Below are positions 19,854 to 30,500 of a stretch of DNA of 64,000 nucleotides, piece after piece; position 1 is the stretch's first letter, and every line of letters begins with the position of its first letter. Origin of the DNA: a virus; the IMG/VR virus record IMGVR_UViG_3300035182_000826, positions 1 through 64,000 of that record; one strand, written 5' to 3'. The translations under genes and the position numbers were made by a program. Under the pieces are notes generated by a model. That model saw nothing but the letters and a program-made list of their open reading frames with translations. It was not told the DNA's origin and ran no database searches.

Positions 19854-20510
19854 ATGAAAATCATTCCAGTCATCCACATCAACAATATACGGCAGGCTGT
19901 TGAACAAGTCAAAATTGTCAAGGCTGTTGGATTGGACACTGTCGCGCTTATTCAAATGAGCGCCAAAGACGCTTGGGTTGACAGCGCAATGGCCGTGTGT
20001 CGAGATGAGTTCCCTGAGATGAAGTTCATTTTGAACTATCTTAGCGTGCAGAACATTCACGATGCAATGACACGAGCAAAACTCTCAGATGCTGCTGGCT
20101 TTTGGATCGACAACGCTGGAGTATATGAAGGGCATATGTCAGAGGAATTCGCCGCGACTAGCACCTTTCTTGAGACTCGAATGTTCAACGTCTACGCCGG
20201 GTTCAACTTCAAATACCAACCATGTGATAATGACCCGGCTGCCTCAATGAAGGTGATTCAAGATGCTGGCTTCATTCCGTGTACATCAGGTCCTGGCACT
20301 GGTGAAGCACCAGATCTTGAGTATCTTTCAGCGTTGAGAGCCAAGGTGCCTGAAGGTCGTCTTGCAATTGCCTCTGGCGTAACACCAGCGAATGTGGCCA
20401 AATTCCACGGTCTTGTAACTGACATCTTGGTAGGAACTGGGATTTCAAGCTCGTTCTATGAGATTGACCCAGTGAAGCTTGAAGCGTTGCTGGAGGCGAT
20501 TAGAAGATAA
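19854..20510 (+). CDS. BtpA/SgcQ-like TIM-barrel protein
   Basis: IIPVIH, FKYQ, TSGPGTG, ASGVTPANV, LVGT, IDP.KL. Confidence 0.7.
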   Translation: MKIIPVIHINNIRQAVEQVKIVKAVGLDTVALIQMSAKDAWVDSAMAVCRDEFPEMKFILNYLSVQNIHDAMTRAKLSDAAGFWIDNAGVYEGHMSEEFAATSTFLETRMFNVYAGFNFKYQPCDNDPAASMKVIQDAGFIPCTSGPGTGEAPDLEYLSALRAKVPEGRLAIASGVTPANVAKFHGLVTDILVGTGISSSFYEIDPVKLEALLEAIRR

Positions 20511-20616
20511 TCGCCAGAACAGCTAAATACTCTTGTACTCGTGAGAGTGCATAACGGGTTGAGGACCAGATGTCTTGTCTTCGTAAATCGTATTCGATCA
20601 CCCAAAAGGAGTAATC

Positions 20617-21048
20617 ATGACAGCTGTTACCAAAATTGAAAAGCACAAGACCGATCTTCGTCACATCTACGTCATTGACTGGAATGATGATGGTTTGTTG
20701 AAGGAATTTGCCGTTGTAATGGAAACACCTGATGGTTCCATCTGGGGCATTGAGATTGAAAAGCTGCACCCAATTGACAAGAGACGCCTCAAGAAGGTCA
20801 TTTCCTCAATTCACGCTGACAAGTATGAACTGTGGGAACTGCTGTCTCAGTCAACCCTGTCAAACGGCATGAACGCCCTTGACTTCTTCCACGCGAACTA
20901 CGTGAAGGTCAAGCGTCCACGTGGTGCTGTGGTTGGTGGTGGTCTGGCAAGCATCCAATTGGATTCAGAGCCAGAAGCAATGATTGGATCAAGCTTCTCT
21001 GATCCACGCGGGGCTGTTGTCTCGCGCGAAGCGCCAGTGGCACGATAA
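20617..21048 (+). CDS. Hypothetical protein
   Basis: 143 aa; AAGGAG RBS; TAAATA at 20524; terminator downstream. Confidence 0.7.
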   Translation: MTAVTKIEKHKTDLRHIYVIDWNDDGLLKEFAVVMETPDGSIWGIEIEKLHPIDKRRLKKVISSIHADKYELWELLSQSTLSNGMNALDFFHANYVKVKRPRGAVVGGGLASIQLDSEPEAMIGSSFSDPRGAVVSREAPVAR

Positions 21049-21068
21049 TCTCTTCAGTGCATGTCATC

Positions 21069-21094
21069 AAAGGCCAGCTCTGCTGGCCTTTTTT
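21069..21094 (+). terminator. Intrinsic terminator
   Basis: aaaggccagc-tct-gctggccttt followed by a T run. Confidence 0.75.
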
Positions 21095-21194
21095 GTCTAA
21101 ATACCCTCCCAGGTTTAGTTTGTGCGCAAAACACTGCGTGCTAAAATGACCTATCTCTGACAAATAGGCGCAAGCCAAATGCTAAGGAGCAAAC

Positions 21195-21830
21195 ATGTAC
21201 AAACCTCTTTTGGGAGTAGCTTTCTTTTTTGTGGTAGTGGTTTTTGGTGTTGTCAAGGCGGAAAAGATCATGCCTACACCAATCGCAAATTCAGTCATTG
21301 CTGAAAAACCAGAAAAGGCAATCGGTGGACAAGTCGCTGTATTGCTTCCAGCTTCACTCACAATGAAGCAGCACCAGCTGCTGAATGAGGCGTACACCAT
21401 CGCAAAGAATGATGGTCACAAAGACCCAGCAGTCCTGCAAGGTATCATCCTCCAGGAGACGCGTGCAGGTGGAATGTCATCGTTCCGTGTTGCTGGAAAT
21501 AAATCAGACCCATACTACGGAGTTGGCCAAGTAAAATTGGCAGCTGCTCGTGACGTAATGTCGTCATACCCAAAGCTCTGGACACAGTTCGGTTTTCACA
21601 CGCGAACTGATGATGAGCTGAAGGCGAACTTGATCTTGAATGACAAGTTCAATCTTGAGGTGGTGTCAAAGTACCTGTTGATCCTCAGACGAATGGGGTT
21701 CAGTGGACGTGACTTGGTGAACGCCTACAACCGAGGCCCTGGTGGTGTGGCTGCTGTTGACTCGGCAGATTTTCACTATGCGATCGGTGTGGAATCAAAA
21801 TTGGCGAACATGAAGAAAGGGAAGCTGTGA
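21195..21830 (+). CDS. Lytic transglycosylase (SLT-like) with N-terminal signal/TM segment
   Basis: IILQET (catalytic Glu), YGVGQV, NAYNRGPG; hydrophobic N-terminus LLGVAFFFVVVVFGVV. Confidence 0.8.
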   Translation: MYKPLLGVAFFFVVVVFGVVKAEKIMPTPIANSVIAEKPEKAIGGQVAVLLPASLTMKQHQLLNEAYTIAKNDGHKDPAVLQGIILQETRAGGMSSFRVAGNKSDPYYGVGQVKLAAARDVMSSYPKLWTQFGFHTRTDDELKANLILNDKFNLEVVSKYLLILRRMGFSGRDLVNAYNRGPGGVAAVDSADFHYAIGVESKLANMKKGKL

Positions 21831-22030
21831 TTACCTTACCACAAGCAAGAGCAGCTCAATCACTTGCGAGGGTTGAGCTGAGAAACATCTCTGTGCTTGG
21901 CAGCATTGATGTAGAACAGGAAAATGGCGATCACTTCCTGTTAGTCACCCTTTCCAGAGCGATGCCGATCAATGAGCACTTGCCAAAAACCCTGTTCGGT
22001 GTCCCAGTCAAATCAAAGGTTCTCTCATGA
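21827..22030 (+). CDS. Hypothetical protein
   Basis: 67 aa; GTGA overlap. Confidence 0.5.
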   Translation: MITLPQARAAQSLARVELRNISVLGSIDVEQENGDHFLLVTLSRAMPINEHLPKTLFGVPVKSKVLS

Positions 22031-22269
22031 GTGATGAGCGCGTCCAAATGAGTGATCTTCCACATATCCCAGAACCGCATGATCTTGAGGACATTCGTTG
22101 GGGATACGACTCAGACGACATGGTGAACTACGGTAGCGACTGCTTTGAGGCTGGTCGCCAGATTGAACGAGCGAAGATCAGAATTGCGGAACTTGCGCTT
22201 AAGAAGCTCATGGATGAAAGAACCAGCATTGAGCATCATGTTCAAGCTATTCTGGATATGTTGAAATGA
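22027..22269 (+). CDS. Hypothetical protein
   Basis: 80 aa; ATGA overlap. Confidence 0.55.
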   Translation: MSDERVQMSDLPHIPEPHDLEDIRWGYDSDDMVNYGSDCFEAGRQIERAKIRIAELALKKLMDERTSIEHHVQAILDMLK

Positions 22270-22547
22270 GACTGCGAAATCTAATCCTGTGTTTCAAGGA
22301 TCAATTGCCGATCAGGCGTTTCATCAAAAATTTCTGCATCACACGGAATGCATGGGGTCTTTTTCACAAGAACTCACATGTGAGCCAGGGTTCTGGAAAG
22401 CCGAAGGTGATGTACAACACGAAGGCCACGGCTGAGAAGGCTGCGCTCTCCATGAAGAAGAAGCACGGCTACCACTACAGTCCGTACAAGTGCTTGTGGT
22501 GCGATGGTTACCACATTGGTCGAAACAGAAGCAATAAGAGCCATTGA
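22266..22547 (+). CDS. Small basic protein with YxCxxCxGxH zinc-binding motif
   Basis: KVMYNTKATAEKAA...SPYKCLWCDGYHIG. Confidence 0.65.
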   Translation: MRLRNLILCFKDQLPIRRFIKNFCITRNAWGLFHKNSHVSQGSGKPKVMYNTKATAEKAALSMKKKHGYHYSPYKCLWCDGYHIGRNRSNKSH

Positions 22548-22704
22548 GCTAAGTCAATGTTCTAGTTCACTAGATGAGCTGGTTCAAATGGCCATTTACA
22601 AAACAGCGCACATGTTTTGAGGGCACATAGAGCATCACCTCGGCGACACCGGTGAGGTCCAGCTCACACCGGCAGGCGCGAGCAATAAGTTATACACAGT
22701 CATT

Positions 22705-22732
22705 AAGGGGCACCCAACCGGTGCCCCTTTTT
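22705..22732 (+). terminator. Intrinsic terminator at the array's left edge
   Basis: aaggggcacc-caacc-ggtgccccttttt. Confidence 0.7.
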
Positions 22733-24034
22733 CGCATTGAACCCGCTGGCGAGCACTGTGAGCAGCTGATCACCTCTCCAATGAAGAACCTATTGAACTC
22801 CGGCTTCACGGCAAATCTGATGATGTTGAACCCGCTATCTGTCGGCTAATGCGCTCTGTGTACGCCTCACCACTAAGAGCACCACCTAATTTGACACCTT
22901 TCTTAAGTGCAGCTCGCCTTAAGCGATAGAGCACAGCCTCGGCGACACCGGTGAGGCCCGGTGTGAGCCGGACGGTGCGGGCAATAAGTTATGCATAGCA
23001 CTTGGCCGGTGTGAGCCGGCGTCGCCTCGTGTCGCCGGCTCACGTTGAACCCGCTATTCGTCGGCTAATGCGCTCTGCGCACACGCCGCACCACAAAGAA
23101 CTGATCACCCACTCCAATGAAGACTGATCACCCACTCCAATGAAGAACTTGTTGAAGAACTTGTTGAAGAATCCATTGAACCCGCTATTCGTCGGCTAAT
23201 GCGCTCTACGCACGCCGCACTGTGTGAGCGACTGATCACCCACTCCAATGAAGAATCCATTGAACTGATCACCTACGAATCCATTGAACCCGCTATCTGT
23301 CGGCTAATGCGCTCTATGGGCACCACACAAACAAAGAACACCTTACCACTAAGATCAACACCTAATTTGGCGCCTTTCTTAAGTGCAGTTCGCCATAAGC
23401 GATAGAGCACACCCTCGGCGACACCGGTGAGGTCCAGCTCACACCGGGCCTCACCACCAATAAGTTATGCATAGCACTTGGCCGGTGTGAGCCGGCGTCG
23501 CCTCGTGTCGCCGGATGATGTTGAACCCGCTATCTGTCGGCTAATGCGCTCTGCGCACACGCTGCACTGTGAGCAACTGGCCATCTCTCCAATGAAGAAC
23601 TTGTTGAAGAACCAATTGAAGAATCCATTGAACCCGCTATCTGTCGGCTAATGCGCTCTGCGCACACGCTGCACTGTGAGCAACTGGCCATCTCTCCAAT
23701 GAAGAACTTGTTGAAGAACCAATTGAAGAATCCATTGAACCCGCTATTCGTCGGCTAATGCGCTCTGTGTACGCAGCACCACTAAGAGCCCCTTCTAATT
23801 TGACACTTTCTCAAGTTCGGCACAAATGGCGGCCCACCTTAAGCGATAGAGCACAGCCTCGGCGACACCGGTGAGGTCCGGCTCACACCGGACAGTGCGG
23901 GCAATAAGTTATGCATAGCACATAGCTGGGGGTGAGCCGGCGTCGCCTCGTGTCGCCGGCCCGCGTTGAACCCGCTATTCGTCGGCTAATGCGCTCTGCG
24001 CACACGCCACACTGTGAGCAACTATGATCACCTC

Positions 24035-24121
24035 AATCCATTGGAAGAATCCATTGGAAGAATCCATTGGAAGAATCCATTGGAAGAATCCATTGGAAGA
24101 ATCCATTGGAAGAATCCATTG
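24035..24121. repeat. 13-bp tandem repeat (aatccattggaag) x6 plus a partial copy
   Basis: Six exact copies at 24035-24112. Confidence 0.95.
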
Positions 24122-24592
24122 AACCCGCTATCTGTCGGCTAATGCGCTCTATGGGCACGCGCTCTGTGAGCAACTATGATCACCTCAATCCAATGAAGAA
24201 CCCATTGAAGAACTGATCACCTCAATCCAATGAAGAATCCGTTGAACCCGCCGGCTAATGCGCTCTATGGGCACACACTGTGAGCAGGGTACCAAAGGAG
24301 TTCCTAGCACCACCACCTAATTTGACACTTTCTCAAGTGCGACACAAATGGCGGCCCGCCTTAAGCGATAGAGCACACCCTCGGCGACACCGGTGAGGTC
24401 CGGCTCACACCGGACCTCACCGGTAATAAGTTATGCATAGCACATAGCCGGTGTGAGCCGGCGTCGCCTCGTGTCGCCGGCCCGCGTTGAACCCGCTATT
24501 CGTCGGCTACTGTGCTGCGCTCTCACAATGACTTTTTTGGGATCTTGCTTCTTTGTAAATAAGAAACTTCAGTCAAGCAACGAACCAATCGT

Positions 24593-27500
24593 ATGGCAAA
24601 CAAGGACTACAAACTAGCTCATCGCGATCTCGTAAAATACATTCCAGAGCGCCTGAGAAATCTAGTGAACACCTCTCTGGTAGACAACCTGTTCAATAGA
24701 CACATGACTCACGATGAGTCTGTGCCATTGTTTGGTTATGTAGGACGTAAGCCAAGTTCTCCAGACGACACAACACCAGCGGTTCCACAAAACACGGTGT
24801 CTCGTGACGTGAATGCACTCATTCCAGTGTTCTCGTTTAAGAACGGTAAAGAGCTCATTGCCTTTACGGCGGAGGACGTTATTCGAAAAGCTGAGGTGTT
24901 GGGTGTTGATGCTGACCAAAGCACTTGGCTGTATTCACAGGCAAACAACTACGCGCCCCCAATTGACTTTGACAAGTTCACGAACTTCTTCAACTACTAC
25001 TGGGTTGGTCAGTCATTACCAAACTCTCCAATCCTGAGCTGGAATCCGACTATAGCGCCAGAGTACTATGTGATCGCTAAGCCAGCGATCACAGATCTTG
25101 ACAAGCTAAATGTTCGTTTAGGTACTACATCTCAAATCACCACGACTGGAACTGGTTTCTTGTCAATGACCTGGGTCGTGACGTTTACTGATGCATTGAA
25201 CTTCACTGTTCAAGCACAAGGTGCCGGTGCTGGACAGTTGCTTCCATCTGAGGTGACTCAGTCTTTCACTCTTCCAACGGTGACTGTTGAATCAACAAGT
25301 GTCTTCACTGTTGAGTTCACTGTAAGTCATCCACTACCACGAACACTGCTGTCATTCAAGATTCAGCGTGACCCAATCTATGATGGTGATGGGAACTGGA
25401 CAGGAAATGAAACTTTCACGGCTGGTGATACCTTCACCATTACTGCACCATTCATTTCATCGTCTTACACGTTGACGTCTGTCGTGTCAAGCGGTGTTAA
25501 GGGCAAGATCAACAACGTGAATTCACTAGACACCTTCCAAACCATTGATGGTGTGCAATTGGTTGTTGGTGACCGAGTCCTTGTTAAGAATCAAGGCGTC
25601 AGCGCTGAGAATGGCATCTACATTGTCGCAGCCGGTGCATGGACCCGCGCTGCCGATTTCGCTGATCCATCCACAACTCTTACTGGTTCACGAGTTTATG
25701 TGACTAGTGGATTAGTGAATGCTGGTGTATTGTTCATCTCATCAGACACCTATGAGTTCAATCCAGCTGGCACTCAGAACAACACAAATGATTGGCAAGA
25801 GCACAACTATTGGATGACGAGTGATGAGGCGGTAGCCGCCGGGTTTGATGTGTCTACACTTGTTCAGGCCACGCGTCCAATCATTGAGTTCTCTGCGAAC
25901 GTAAGACTGAACGGCTTTGTGCAGAACGGCGTTCCGTCTGACGCCGGCACCGCGTACACACAATACAAGACTGAGTTCAATCAAGTTCCGCTGTTTGATC
26001 TGTACAGATATGATGGAACCCATGCAAAGCTGGTCTCGCCGTTGTTCTTCTACGTTGAGGACCCGACAGCTGACATCGACCCAGCTCTTCAGCGCCGCAC
26101 AAAGATTTCATCCAATGGAAGCTCAGACTTTTTGTTCTCACATGGCTTTGAGGATGATAATGGAAACCTGCTGTTCTGCAAGTACAAGGATGGTTCACTG
26201 AAGACCATTTGGCATGCTGGTTATGACACCCCAACAATCTCGAACACGAGTTTTAACGGTAATGGAAATGGCACAATTTCAGTTCAGCCGAGCACAAATG
26301 CATTTGCTGCTCAACAGATCTGGACATTTACGGCAACTGGTCCAACGTCATTTACTGTTGTTGGTTCAAAGAACGCTGAGCTTCCAGTTCCTTATCAAAC
26401 TGCTACAGTTGGTACACAGTACGACAACACACTGATCAAGGCCTTGATCACTGCTGGCTCAACGCCATTTGAAGCTGGAGATGTGTTCACTGTTCAATTT
26501 GGCAATCTTGAAACTACAAGGTACGTTTACCGTTCAGCTGATGCAAGAAGCATGTTTGATCTTTTTGGCGGACCAACAGCTGACACTGAAGGAGTTGGCG
26601 CCTGGCTTACACCACGCATGTTCTACAACAACGTGGCTGCTGTGAACAACGGCGAGATTCCAGAAGGCACGATCTACTCACACTTTAGGGGAATTTTGGC
26701 AAATCAAGCGGCCGGTAATATTGACAACGCCTTCGGTGGATCAATCAAGCTCTGGGGTGAGCAAACAAATCTGCTCGTGTCGCTGTTGATGCAACGTGAT
26801 TTGACACCTATCTCAATGATTGATTTTGCACAGAATCAATATGAGGTAGCGCTGAACGCGATCATTGACATCTTCTGCCAAAAGTTCCCTTCGTACGTCA
26901 GCACAAACACAATCGACACAAGCTCACTGGTAAGCTACATTCTAGCAGTAAGAGCCGCTGATATGGATGTGAAGAAAGTGCTGTATGACACAACAGCCAG
27001 TGTCATTGGTTTCCCAGTCACCTTGCCTGCGATGGGGGTTACCCCATTAGCTGTGCCAGGATATGTTTTTGACAATGAACTGGGCGCTACCGTCTTCAGA
27101 CACCATGACGGGCATCTGAGCTCCATCTTTACGATGTCGCAGTCATTCCTTGACAGGATGGTGACAGCGAAGACCACTGTCCTACGTTCAGACGGCTCAA
27201 CAACTCCTGCATTTGGCTCATACACAACAACAATGCCAGCTTCACCATACCGTGGTGAGTTCTGGCTGTACCCACAGCAATCAGGTGTCCAGTTCCGAAT
27301 GTTCAACGTGCTTGGCGACACTTCAATTGCGCCAACACCTACAGCAACAGGTGATTTCTGGTATGACAGACCAAATGGAACTCTCTATGTTTGGGATGGC
27401 GTATCGTGGGCAACCACCACGAACATGTCTGCTGCATGGGTCTCAATTGACCCAGCAGACATGTTGAATGATGTCCTGCTTGAGATTGAAACGCGGCTGT

Positions 27501-30500
27501 ACAATGGGGTCAATGGTGAACAGCGGTCTTACTTCTCTGACACTGATGTCCAGGACGCGCTAACTGGAGATTTGAGCGCTGGATTGGCTCGTGAACTTAG
27601 TACATGGGCTGCGTTGTACGGGTACGATCAGTTTGGATCAGACTACGTGAGCACAGATCCGTTTACATGGAACTACTCAGGTCTGACAACTGCACAGTTC
27701 GCGCCCGTGAATAGAAGCACGGTGCCTGCACGGTGGTACAAGGCGCTTCAGGCACACCAAGCGACCGTGCCTGGTGTGATCCCAACATCTCGACCAAATC
27801 TTGAACCATGGAAGCTGCTTGGTTTTTCTTCAAAGCCAAGCACATGGGACGCAATGTACAGCAGTACTGTGACACCTGACATGGTGTCAGATTCACAATT
27901 GGTAGGTGCTGTCAAGGCGGTTCTTTATTCAGGAACACCGTTGTTCACTACCTTGAATGGTTCAATTACTGTTGATGGCGTATTGCTGACGGCTGGTGAT
28001 TACATCCTGCTTGTATCTGAGGCAGCTCCAGCAAACAACGGCGTTTGGGTGGTGTCAAATGGAGGCTGGTCACGTCCATTTATGCAACAGGCTGGTCATG
28101 TTCTTACCGTTTCAAGTGGCATTGATTACAGTGCTACCGCATGGGAAATCACAACAACCCAGTCAACACCATCAGATCCTGTTCTTGTTTCTCAAGTCAG
28201 ATACTGGACAGCTTCAATGTGGGCAGATATTCAGGCAGCGCGCCCAACATTGAAGCTGTCAGTTGATACGAACAGAGAAATTCTGCTACCGCCTTATGTT
28301 AACCCATCATTCAGCGCTTCGTTGAACGCATTGACGACAACACTTCCACCAACACCGGCGAAGGCCTATGTTTACGGTGAAGGCTCTCCTGTTGAAACGG
28401 TGTGGCAGAAGTCTATTGAGTTCAGGTACTCACTAGCAAGAGCATTGTTTAGAAAAGACCCACTAGCATTCATTGGAAACTGCTGGGGCTTTGAGTGGGT
28501 GAATGTTGATGGCATTCTCTATGACGGGTTTGACGTTTCGATGCCAGGCATTGCAAATGCGCGCTTCCATGGTGATACTGAGACAAGAACTAGAACGCCA
28601 ACCTTTAGCTTAACCGCCCTTTCAGGCCCATCAGCGATTTCATTGATAATTACACATGATGGCTACACGGCTGATCGTAAGTTCTCATTCTCAGTTAAGA
28701 CCTCAACTGGGCTGACACTTGGATACCTGCATGAGGGCGAAACTGGAACTATCTCTAGCAATGGATATGTCATCACCGCATCCATTGAAGACAATGGCGT
28801 TCCGTTCCATGTTGGTGATTCCTTTACTGTGACAGCCAATGCTGACGGATCAGGTCAACTCATCACCTTCAACAATTCGCTTTATGTCAAGTTCCTTGGC
28901 TTTGGGCAGATCTTTGCCCAGTGTCTGAGAAACACTTCAATTGACATGACACGAGGTTATGCGGTTTCAGCCATGAAGAACTGGGGTGTCAATGTTGGAT
29001 ACCGGGCGGGCGGTCTCGTGGCAACTGATGATCTGAAGGTCTTCACTGACAGCACTGAACTTCCTCCATCAGCGTACACACTGATCTTCAAAAAATCACC
29101 TTACGCATCTGACACCTGGCTACAGGCGCTGCGTGTCACTGTGAGCCAATTCGGTGCGCACAAGACAGCATCTAACGGATTCAAGGTGCCATCATCAGAT
29201 GCAAGTGACTGGGTGTTCAAAGTTCAAGGCTATAACAATCGCTATCTGACCGTGAAGTACTTCACATATGATCACTCAGCGGATGTGACATTCTTGGCGT
29301 TGAATGGCGCTCATACTTCACTGCCTTGGCTACACCCAACAGTGAAGACTGGAACTGTTAGTGCTGAGCTTCCATTGACAATCACTGGTTTGCAATCGCT
29401 CGTAGATTTCTTGTTTGGTTACTCAGAGTATCTAGAATCACAAGGCTGGGAATTTGACAACGCGCTCGAGCCAACAATTGATGCTGAGACAGGTCGTGCT
29501 AGAAACTGGCAACTTGAAATTGAAAAACTGGTTGATCGTGTTTACGCTGGCACAGCTCAAGACACTGGTCATTTGATGAACCCATTTATGGACAAGGTGT
29601 GGTTCAATCAAGACACTGGATTGATTTCAGAGTTCAGAGATACGGCACTGTTTGACATCATCTCAGATCCAGCTGTGTTTGACACACTCGGCGTAAAGAT
29701 GGACTCTTCAAACGTCACGGTGCTGCGTGGCCGTGAACAATCTACTATCATCTCGTCCGTGCCAATGTTCTCTGTGCACGCACAAACTGATGAGTACGAA
29801 CACCTGTTCATCTTCAACAACTATATTTCACCAAGCACCAATGAAGGACTGATTTACGATCCATTCACTGGATCACGTGTTGCCACGATGAAATTCAATG
29901 GGCGTCGCCAGGCAACTGACACACTACGCCCTGAATTTGGTGGTCACTATCTTATTGGCCATGAGGTCAAGGAAAACATCCAAGCCTCAACTGATAAGCT
30001 TCAGCACTACTATGACACGAATTACGTGTTCAGAGACAGAACGAGTACGCTACACGCGATGGAGCTGCTTGGCTTTACACCAAAGCAGTATCTTGCTGAT
30101 CTTGATCTGACTGATAAGTCACAGTTCGAGTTCTGGCGTGGGTTGATTCAGATGAAGGGTACGAACGCGTCTGTTGATGCGTTCTTGAACAACAACCGCT
30201 TTCAAGACGCTAAGCTTGATGAATACTGGGCATACAAGGTTGCTGAGTACGGGGATGCACGTACTAAGGTGTTCCCAGAGCTGAAGTTGTATGCCGAAGA
30301 TGCACTTCAACAGTTCACAAAGTTCAGATTTGTTTCGGCTTATGACAACGACTCATCAACTGCTACCTTCACACAGGTAATTCCATCTGATGAATCGCGG
30401 TGGTACTCAATTGACGATTTGAATAGCGACATGAGCTTCACACCAATGATCATTGGTGAATTTGTTCTTGCCGCAGATCCATCAGTTGTTTACAGCCCAA

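Larger units (their letters stand above)
22628..24510. repeat. Non-coding hierarchical repeat array
   Basis: 98-99 bp palindromic modules at 22940, 23416, 23860 and 24382 (half copy at 22641). 32-bp direct repeat ttgaacccgctat(ct/tc)gtcggctaatgcgctct at 22826, 23045, 23176, 23284, 23521, 23628, 23735, 23966 and 24119, with partial copies at 22737, 24242 and 24487. Confidence 0.95.

Noticed and set aside
23090-23280. TIGR-like or box C/D guide-RNA array (ctga/atga motifs)
   Set aside because: No regular short period with unique spacers, and no Nop-domain gene is recognisable.
22652-23405. Short ORFs within the array (22652-22849, 23199-23405) and 50220-50555
   Set aside because: No RBS, and frames are not preserved between repeat units; they are by-products of the repeats.
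22826-24150. tRNA genes or fragments (the minus strand of the 32-mer has AGAGCGC...GGGTTCAA)
   Set aside because: No complementary T-stem follows GGGTTCAA, and no cloverleaf or acceptor stem can be formed.
22890-24345. Sigma70 promoters at the repeated TTGACA in the unit flank
   Set aside because: No convincing -10 hexamer at 16-18 bp, and one unit has TTGGCG instead.
22826-24510. CRISPR array (32-bp direct repeats)
   Set aside because: Intervening sequences are 75 to over 200 bp, mutually repetitive rather than unique, and no cas gene is present in the window.
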